A DNA stretch of 64,000 nt. It comes from Candidatus Bathyarchaeota archaeon (GTDB taxonomy: Archaea; Thermoproteota; Bathyarchaeia; Bathyarchaeales; Bathycorpusculaceae). The notes under the pieces were generated by a model. The model did no database searches. It had not been told where the DNA came from and saw only the letters and a list, made by a program, of their open reading frames with translations. The stretch lies in contig CAWHXY010000004.1 of NCBI GenBank assembly GCA_963833575.1, positions 672,001 to 736,000 of the forward strand, given 5' to 3'. A program made the position numbers and the translations under genes. Positions 57,131 through 64,000 of this stretch are shown here, one piece after another. The first letter of the stretch is position 1, and each line of letters begins with the position of its first letter.

Positions 57131-58663
57131 TTGACCACAAACATTCGTTCAGCTTACAACGAGCTCCTTTCAAAAAACAAAGATTCAACTGTGCTTGCCA
57201 CAGCTGGAGGAATAATTCATTGGGATATGGAAACTATGATGCCTCCCGGAGCTGTGGAGCAACGCAGTGAACAACTTGCTTTGTTGAGCCTCATTCAACA
57301 CAAGCTAGCCACTGATCCAGAAAAAGAGAAACTCTTAAACACCATACAAAAAAGCCCAGAATACGAAGCGCTTGGTCAAGTGGAAAAACGAAATCTTTAC
57401 CTGATCAGAAAAAGCTACTTAGAACAAACCAGCCTGCCAGAAAAACTGGTAGCTGACCTTGCCAAACAGGAGGCTTTGACTGTAAATGTTTGGAAAAAAG
57501 CCAAAGCCCAAAAGAACTTTAGCCTCTTCAAAACCGACTTGCAGAAACTCTTAGACTTAAGCAAACAAGCGGCAGAAATCCTCATGAAAGTTAAGGAAAC
57601 CAAAACACCGTACGAAGCGCTGATTGATAATTTTGAACCTAAAATGACTGCGGCTCAGATTACTGCGACTTTTAATGAACTCCAAAAGGGCTTAAAGAAG
57701 CTAATAAAAAGTATTCAAGCCAATGCAGAAAAGCCAGATATGACGATGCTTGATCTGCCTGTTCCAATTGAGAGCCAACGTCAAATTGCCCAGCTTCTAA
57801 CTCAAACATTAGGTTACGATACTTCTTCGTCCGAAGCTCGCGGCAGAATTGATGAGACGGAACATCCATTTACCACTGGCTATTATGACGATGTACGCAT
57901 AACCACCCATTATCACCTAAACAATTTTGCAAGTTCAATCTTTTCGGTGCTTCATGAGACTGGCCATGCAATTTATGAGCAAAACCTGAACCCAAAATGG
58001 AAGTACCAACCCGTAGGTTCAACCTGCTCTTACGGAATACATGAATCACAATCCCGCTTCTACGAAAACGTAATTGGCCGCTCACAAGAGTTCTGGACAT
58101 ACTTTATGCCAAAACTAAAGAAAGCCGCTCCCAACCTCGCCAACATTGAATTAAGCAAATTTATCAAAGCCATCAACAAAGTTGAGCAATCAAAAATCCG
58201 GATAGAAGCCGACGAAGTAACATACAACCTACATATAATCATACGCTTTGAAATTGAAAGAGATCTATTCGCCGACAAAATTACAATCAACGAACTTCCC
58301 CAAATATGGAATGAGAAGTATGAAGAATACCTAGGAGTGAAAGTCGAAAATGACTCTGAAGGAGTAATGCAAGATACACATTGGGCAAGCGGATTATACG
58401 GTTATTTCCCAAGCTACGCACTTGGCAACATTTACAGTGGACAAATAACTGCCGCAATCACTAAGGACATTCCAGACTGGCGCAAACAGTTGACAGAGGG
58501 AAAAATAAATCATCTTAACGATTGGCTGAAAAGAAACATTCACAGTCAAGGTGACCTGTATTACCCTGAAGAGCTAATAAAGAAGGCAACGGAAAAAAAA
58601 TTGGATATTCAATTTTACTTGCAATATCTAAATGAAAAATACGGTAATCTTTATGGTTTTTGA
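57131..58663 (+). CDS. Carboxypeptidase, M32 family
   Basis: HPF, DVRITT, HETGH (HEXXH), HESQS, IRIEADE, QDTHW, YFPSY. Confidence 0.96.
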   Translation: MTTNIRSAYNELLSKNKDSTVLATAGGIIHWDMETMMPPGAVEQRSEQLALLSLIQHKLATDPEKEKLLNTIQKSPEYEALGQVEKRNLYLIRKSYLEQTSLPEKLVADLAKQEALTVNVWKKAKAQKNFSLFKTDLQKLLDLSKQAAEILMKVKETKTPYEALIDNFEPKMTAAQITATFNELQKGLKKLIKSIQANAEKPDMTMLDLPVPIESQRQIAQLLTQTLGYDTSSSEARGRIDETEHPFTTGYYDDVRITTHYHLNNFASSIFSVLHETGHAIYEQNLNPKWKYQPVGSTCSYGIHESQSRFYENVIGRSQEFWTYFMPKLKKAAPNLANIELSKFIKAINKVEQSKIRIEADEVTYNLHIIIRFEIERDLFADKITINELPQIWNEKYEEYLGVKVENDSEGVMQDTHWASGLYGYFPSYALGNIYSGQITAAITKDIPDWRKQLTEGKINHLNDWLKRNIHSQGDLYYPEELIKKATEKKLDIQFYLQYLNEKYGNLYGF

Positions 58664-58842
58664 GTGGACGGAGTCTTGTTCAATTCTTTGTACACATATA
58701 TAATTAGATAAGCAGCAATTGCACCGATGAAAAGGTAAATGCCTGAGTAACCAACCACTGCATTATAAATGTTAGCGCTAACTAAGAAGAGCAAAAAACC
58801 CAATATGAATATGCCCAAGCAAGCCCAGTCAGTCCAAGACAC
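58651..58842 (-). CDS. Small 2-TM membrane protein
   Basis: Two hydrophobic segments; GAGG upstream of a GTG start. Confidence 0.6.
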   Translation of the reverse strand: MSWTDWACLGIFILGFLLFLVSANIYNAVVGYSGIYLFIGAIAAYLIIYVYKELNKTPSTQKP

Positions 58843-59045
58843 TGCATTTCCTCACGATGACAAAACAATAAAACTTCAGGATATATAGATTTACCCATAG
58901 CTTTTTCATAAAAACCGCCAACCCAATAGTAAAATATTATATCTCAATTGTCTGCTAAATTTATCATAAACTTCCTAAATATTTTTCAATGGTTCCGACA
59001 TTTTTATATATGTGAAAAACTAAGAGAGCGCTGAGGCTAAAACAG

Positions 59046-60485
59046 ATGTCGGGATCAGAAGTTAAAAAGCCAGAAACAAAAGAAGAATTCATCAAAATGC
59101 TCACAGAAGCATCAAAAAAGGAAATAGATGTTAAGAATAAGCCATCAAAACCGACAGTTATTGGAACTGCAAAAGAAATGGAAATACATAGAGACACACT
59201 TTACACTTGGTTGAAGGAGTTCAATGTCGATTTCAAAGATATTGCTGACAGGGTACCGACAGTAGCTAACGACGTTGAAGAAGATTCAGGACCTACATAC
59301 CTAATCGGTGAATCCTTATTGGGAGAGGGTAACGAGGTTGCACACATTGATCTGATGATCGGTGACAAAAACGGCCCTATTGGACAAGCCTTCGCAAATG
59401 GAATGACACAACTATCAGCCGGACACACACCAGTACTAGCAGTCATCAGACCCAACCTGCCACCAAAACCACACACCCTAATCGTGCCAAAAGTCACCAT
59501 AAAAAACATGGAAGACACAGGCAAGATTTTTGGTCCAGCACAAGCAGCAGTCGCAAAAGCCATCGCTGACTCAGCTGAAGAAGGAATCATCCCAGCAAAC
59601 AAGCTAGATGAATGGGTTATCATCTGCAGCGTGTTCATTCATCCAAAAGCAACAGATTACCGCAAAATATACCAATACAACTATGGCGCAACAAAAATGG
59701 CGTTACAACGAGCCTTAAAGAAGTATCCATCGTTAGAGAAAATAATCTACGACAAAGATCGCGCAAAACACCCAATCATGGGTTTCAAAGTAGCACGTTT
59801 GTGGAGACCACCATATCTACAAATTTCGCTCGATGCACCCTCGATTGAAAATGCCAAGAAAATCATTTCTCAACTTCCAGGAAGCGACAGAATCATCATT
59901 GAAGTAGGTACACCCTTAATCAAACGCTACGGAACAAGAGTAATTAGCGAACTTAGACAATCAGCCAAAGAAGTTTTCATGGTTGCGGACCTAAAAACAC
60001 TTGATGTTGGAAAAGTCGAAGCAGACATAGCATATGAAGACACAGCTGACGCAGTAGTTGCAGCTGGATTAGCGCCGCCAGAAACACTCGACGCATTCGT
60101 ACATGAAGCAAAACGACTTGGAATCTACGGGGTCATCGACATGTTAAACGTTGAAGATGTACTTGGAAAACTTAAATCACTTAAGGAATTCCCAGACATT
60201 GTCATATTGCACAGAGGTATCGATCAAGAAAGCGGCAGAACTTGCGGACTAGAACGTATAAAAATCATACGCCAAACATTCGCAGGTAAAAAGTTCCTAA
60301 TCGCAGTTGCAGGTGGAATCGTGCCAGAGACAGCCAAAGAAGCTTTAGAACAAGGTGCTGATATCCTAATTGTTGGAAGATATGTCACACAGTCAAAAGA
60401 CATTGAACGTGCAGTTAGAGACTTCCTTGAACTTACCCCAGCCATGCGCGAAGACATAGACTTATTCAGAGTACATACAGAATAA
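59046..60485 (+). CDS. fae-hps: Bifunctional formaldehyde-activating enzyme / 3-hexulose-6-phosphate synthase with extra N-terminal HTH
   Basis: Fae: [20 protein letters not shown]...[11 protein letters not shown]...FIHP...YNY. HPS: [27 protein letters not shown]. Confidence 0.92.
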   Translation: MSGSEVKKPETKEEFIKMLTEASKKEIDVKNKPSKPTVIGTAKEMEIHRDTLYTWLKEFNVDFKDIADRVPTVANDVEEDSGPTYLIGESLLGEGNEVAHIDLMIGDKNGPIGQAFANGMTQLSAGHTPVLAVIRPNLPPKPHTLIVPKVTIKNMEDTGKIFGPAQAAVAKAIADSAEEGIIPANKLDEWVIICSVFIHPKATDYRKIYQYNYGATKMALQRALKKYPSLEKIIYDKDRAKHPIMGFKVARLWRPPYLQISLDAPSIENAKKIISQLPGSDRIIIEVGTPLIKRYGTRVISELRQSAKEVFMVADLKTLDVGKVEADIAYEDTADAVVAAGLAPPETLDAFVHEAKRLGIYGVIDMLNVEDVLGKLKSLKEFPDIVILHRGIDQESGRTCGLERIKIIRQTFAGKKFLIAVAGGIVPETAKEALEQGADILIVGRYVTQSKDIERAVRDFLELTPAMREDIDLFRVHTE

Positions 60486-60533
60486 TTTGAACTTGAGCCC
60501 AAAAGGCTCGCTCAATTTTTTTTCTTTTTAGTT

Positions 60534-61748
60534 TTAATGAAATAATTTTAGAGTTAAGAATGCAACCAAGAAGAGGACAGCTGCAATTAAGAAAGTTGGC
60601 AGATAGTTCAAGTTGGTGGCTAGGAAAGGTCCGAGAAAAGCACCTATTGCTGCGCCTAAGCCGACCATTCCGTCGAATAGACCAGCTTTTCCTTCAGGTA
60701 TGAGTTCCATTGAGAGAGATATCATCATAATGTAATACATTGCATATGTGAAGCCTAGGCAAACGAGAATAAGGCAAGTTATAAAAGTAGGTGCAAAAGC
60801 AAGCGAAATCAAAGCGACTAGTATAAAAACAAGAATACTTCGCGAAAAAACAAAGCGAGGCATTTGTTTTTTAATATTAATTGAATCTGCGCGTCCACGT
60901 ATTAGGAAGTAACCTGCAGTTGCGCCTATGGAATTCAGGATATACGCTAGATAAACGTACTGTTGTTGTTCCCCAAATATGTATTTGAGATAAATCGGTA
61001 GAGGCGTGAAAAAGATGCTTGTTGCAAGAGAAAACAAGACTATTGCCAAAGCGAAACCTCGAAAACTGTCTTTTTTCATCGAGCCGTGCCAGGGTAATCC
61101 ATCCATTAGCCTTGATGAGGCTTCAATTCCACGATTAGTATAATCGAGTTTTCTTTCTATGTTTACTAAGCGTCTTTCAAAAATCATCATTGGGTCAGCA
61201 ATTAGCGCTAATGCCAAAATTAATGAAACCAAGCTTAAACCACTACAGAAATACAAAGCATATATTGACAAAACAGAAAAGCTCAGAGTAGAAACAAAAA
61301 TGAACATTCCAACAGCTAAGCCAATAATAAATCCAATTTCAGTGATAGCTTCATAAAAACCGAAGGATTTCTCCCAATCTTTGCGACTGTAATGCTCGGT
61401 AATAAGCACATTTTTTGGTGATTCATGTGCAACATGAAGCATCTGCATGAAAACGTATAAGATAACAAAAACGATCAAAGTCTTGGCGAATGGAAGCGTC
61501 ATTACGAAAAGAATTACAGCGATCGAAGAGAAAGAAAGAAGAATAAATGCTTTGTAATGTCGCGTTTTGTCACAGAGGTATCCCCAGAGAAATGAAGCAG
61601 GTATCGAGGAGAAAATAGCTATTGAAGTCATTACGCCAAGAGCAATCAGCGTTCCATGCAGGAAAACTACTACATACAGGGGTATGAAAACCGTAAGTAA
61701 CCCAAACGCCATGTCATGGAAGAAGAACCCCAACCGCCACATAGCCAA
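60534..61748 (-). CDS. MFS transporter
   Basis: WGYLCDKT..YK motif-A variant; about 12 TM. Confidence 0.85.
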   Translation of the reverse strand: MAMWRLGFFFHDMAFGLLTVFIPLYVVVFLHGTLIALGVMTSIAIFSSIPASFLWGYLCDKTRHYKAFILLSFSSIAVILFVMTLPFAKTLIVFVILYVFMQMLHVAHESPKNVLITEHYSRKDWEKSFGFYEAITEIGFIIGLAVGMFIFVSTLSFSVLSIYALYFCSGLSLVSLILALALIADPMMIFERRLVNIERKLDYTNRGIEASSRLMDGLPWHGSMKKDSFRGFALAIVLFSLATSIFFTPLPIYLKYIFGEQQQYVYLAYILNSIGATAGYFLIRGRADSINIKKQMPRFVFSRSILVFILVALISLAFAPTFITCLILVCLGFTYAMYYIMMISLSMELIPEGKAGLFDGMVGLGAAIGAFLGPFLATNLNYLPTFLIAAVLFLVAFLTLKLFH

Positions 61749-61888
61749 AAGACGACATGAAAGTTAAATTAAAACATTTACCTAAATAAATTTTAATTCG
61801 TCTAAAAGTAGAGAATAGCCAATATTTTTTCATAAATCCTTAATAGAGAGTTGCCCAACTTCATACTCCGCTGGAGATAATCAGCAAA

Positions 61889-62281
61889 ATGACAAAGTTT
61901 AAGATAATAGTATCGGATCCTGAGACAGGAACTTCAAAAGTTGTAGAGCTTGAAGAAGCACGCGCAGCTTCATTCATCGGTAGAAGACTGGGAGAAATAA
62001 TCGACGGCGCAGTAGTAGACCTGCCAGCGCATAAAATACAAATAATGGGCGGATCCGACAAAGACGGCTTTCCTATGATAGGAAACGTTCACGGTGGTGT
62101 TCGCCGAAAAATTGTGCTCAGCGGTGGAGCAGGATTTAAAGCCAAGAAAAGCGGCGAAAGAAAACGCAAAACTGTTCGAGGAAGCACAATAACAGATGAA
62201 ATTGCGCAAATCAACATGAAAATCATTGAAAAACCAGTCGCAAAAGCCACCGAAGCGAAACTTCAACAAGTCACAAAATAA
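61889..62281 (+). CDS. rps6e: 30S ribosomal protein S6e
   Basis: FKIIVSDP, GGSDKDGFPM, GERKRKTVRG. Confidence 0.96.
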   Translation: MTKFKIIVSDPETGTSKVVELEEARAASFIGRRLGEIIDGAVVDLPAHKIQIMGGSDKDGFPMIGNVHGGVRRKIVLSGGAGFKAKKSGERKRKTVRGSTITDEIAQINMKIIEKPVAKATEAKLQQVTK

Positions 62282-62370
62282 GCAAAGTTTGACAAAATAA
62301 AATCCTTAAAACTTATAAACAGCCAATAATTTATTCATAATTCACCAGACTTATCTAAGAAGAGAATAAA

Positions 62371-63624
62371 ATGAGCAACAATAGTAAAGCCTTACCCAAA
62401 CAACCCGAAGCCAACGTTGGTACTATTGGTCACGTCGATCATGGAAAAACAACCTTAGTACAAGCTTTAACTGGTGTATGGGCGTCTAGGCACAGTGAAG
62501 AATTAAAAAGAGGCATTACCATAAAATTGGGCTATGCTGACATGCCAATTTACAAATGTCCAAAATGTGAGCCACCAAGAAACTATACAATCAAACCTTA
62601 TTGTGAAGCTTGCAAGTCTGAAGCAGAGTTTGTTCGAGCAATAAGTTTTGTTGATGCACCCGGACATGAAGCTTTAATGGCCACGATGCTTTCCGGCGCA
62701 GCCATTATGGATGGCGCGATTCTTGTCATTGCAGCTGATGAACCATGTCCTCAACCGCAAACACGGGAACATCTTGCAGCTGCAGAAGTATCCGGCATAA
62801 AGAATCTGATAATTGTTCAAAACAAGATTGATATTGTAGATGAGAAAAGAGCGCTGGAAAGTTATAAAGAAATCAAGAACTTTGTAAAAGGCACAGTTGC
62901 TGAGAAAGCACCAATCATTCCAATTTCCGCACAGCGCGGAATAAACATTGATGTGCTACTTAACGCTATTGAAACAATTATTCCAACTCCAAAAAGAGAT
63001 GAAACTAAACCTCCGCTAATGTATATTATTCGTTCTTTCGACATAAACAAGCCAGGAACCACCATCGAATGTCTAGAAGGGGGAATCATCGGAGGAACCA
63101 TAGCCCAAGGAAAATTCGTTGTTGGAGAAGAAATTGAAATTCGTCCAGGAATCAGCGTTGAAAGAGAAGGAAAAACAATTTACGATCCCTTAATGAGCGA
63201 AATAGTGACGCTAAACGCTGGTGAAAAAAGCGTTAAAGAAGCAGCCAGTGGTGGATTAGTTGCTGTAGGAACTTGTCTTGATCCATCTTATTCAAAAGCA
63301 GACGGTTTAACAGGCAGCATCGCTGGAAAAGTTGGAGGACTTCCCCCGACCTTAACGGAGCTTACGTTGGAAACTCACGTTTTAGAGCGAGCCGTAGGGA
63401 CAAAAGAATTATTGAAAGTTGAAAAATTTAATCCTGACGAAGTTCTGTTACTTCACATTGGAGCCGCAGTAAATGTTGGTAAAATTCTCTCAATAAAGCA
63501 AAACATCATTAAAGTAAAGTTAACTAGACCAATTTGTGCTCTGCCGGGCTCCAGAGTCGCCATCAGCAGAAAAATTACTGCCCGCTGGAGATTAATTGGA
63601 TACGGACTCATAATAACAAAGTAA
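62371..63624 (+). CDS. eif2g: Translation initiation factor 2 gamma subunit
   Basis: GHVDHGKTT, HSEELKRGITIKLGYA, DAPGHE, QPQTREH, NKID, WRLIGYG. Confidence 0.97.
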   Translation: MSNNSKALPKQPEANVGTIGHVDHGKTTLVQALTGVWASRHSEELKRGITIKLGYADMPIYKCPKCEPPRNYTIKPYCEACKSEAEFVRAISFVDAPGHEALMATMLSGAAIMDGAILVIAADEPCPQPQTREHLAAAEVSGIKNLIIVQNKIDIVDEKRALESYKEIKNFVKGTVAEKAPIIPISAQRGINIDVLLNAIETIIPTPKRDETKPPLMYIIRSFDINKPGTTIECLEGGIIGGTIAQGKFVVGEEIEIRPGISVEREGKTIYDPLMSEIVTLNAGEKSVKEAASGGLVAVGTCLDPSYSKADGLTGSIAGKVGGLPPTLTELTLETHVLERAVGTKELLKVEKFNPDEVLLLHIGAAVNVGKILSIKQNIIKVKLTRPICALPGSRVAISRKITARWRLIGYGLIITK

Positions 63625-63636
63625 ATAGTTAATTAC

Positions 63637-64000
63637 TTATTCAATAGGCTTTATTAAACCGTTTTTCTTCAAAAAATCATGAGCTTTTTGCAATACGTCT
63701 TTGGAGTTTTTGAAAGTTAATTTTTCCATCGCATGCTGATAATCCAACCAAGAGTAGCCCACATGCTCGAAAGACAACTGCACCTTGTCGGTGTACGCTT
63801 CCATCACAAAAAAAACTACTTCTTTATGAACTGTTAAGCCTTGTCTTCTGTAAAAATAAACAATTGGTTCTCTAAAGTCTTCTATGAATTGGGCGTTGGT
63901 AATGCTCGTTTCCTCTTGCAGTTCGCGGACAACGGTTTGTTTTTCGTTTTCATTTGGTTCAACATTGCCCTTAACAAAATCCCAGTGGCCTGCGGCGTAA
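63637..64000 (-). CDS. NUDIX hydrolase, Ap4A-hydrolase-like (5'-partial; not in the ORF track)
   Basis: Manual translation: YAAGHWDFVKGNVEPNENEKQTVVRELQEETSI (Nudix box)...LSFEH...LTFKN...KPIE*. Confidence 0.9.
   Translation of the reverse strand, partial: YAAGHWDFVKGNVEPNENEKQTVVRELQEETSITNAQFIEDFREPIVYFYRRQGLTVHKEVVFFVMEAYTDKVQLSFEHVGYSWLDYQHAMEKLTFKNSKDVLQKAHDFLKKNGLIKPIE

Noticed and set aside
14228-58663. Short 3' overlaps between convergent genes (14228-14241, 20940-20943, 32212-32215, 58651-58663)
   Set aside because: Common in compact archaeal genomes; no evidence of a dedicated antisense mechanism.
146-63101. Many 60-200-aa ORFs antisense to or nested in identified genes (e.g. 364-789, 50904-51380, 55816-56418, 59201-59638)
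   Set aside because: Shadow ORFs of well-supported genes with no recognisable motifs.

Overview
Archaeal chromosomal segment, very probably from a TACK archaeon of class Bathyarchaeia. This is inferred from the combination of eS25 and eS26, an archaeal histone, Alba, class I LysRS, thermosome, aIF2-gamma, CofD, Fae-Hps and a tetraether-lipid-synthase-type radical SAM enzyme. About 1.5-14.2 kb is a loosely packed surface-glycan locus. The rest is mostly compact housekeeping DNA with two good tRNAs (Arg-GCG, Glu-TTC) and a decayed second tRNA-Arg(GCG). No CRISPR array, transposase, integrase or rRNA was seen. Highlights: (1) a candidate PspA-less Psp/Lia-like membrane-stress module (YdjG-like Zn ribbon, helical protein, YdjI-like SPFH plus double Zn ribbon, LiaI/LiaF-like 4-TM protein) behind an FAD oxidoreductase and opposite a Cys-rich PadR with a palindromic operator; (2) a Fae-Hps enzyme with an N-terminal Fis-like HTH; (3) a trpY/trpB2 divergon with TGTACA-N4-TGTTCA TRP boxes; (4) an rpoK missed by the ORF track that lacks an N-terminal ATG/GTG/TTG start and appears to begin at ACG; (5) an 8-blade PQQ-type propeller fused to an ArnT/PMT-type glycosyltransferase, next to the pseudo-tRNA. 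All family calls are by eye from motifs; no searches were run.
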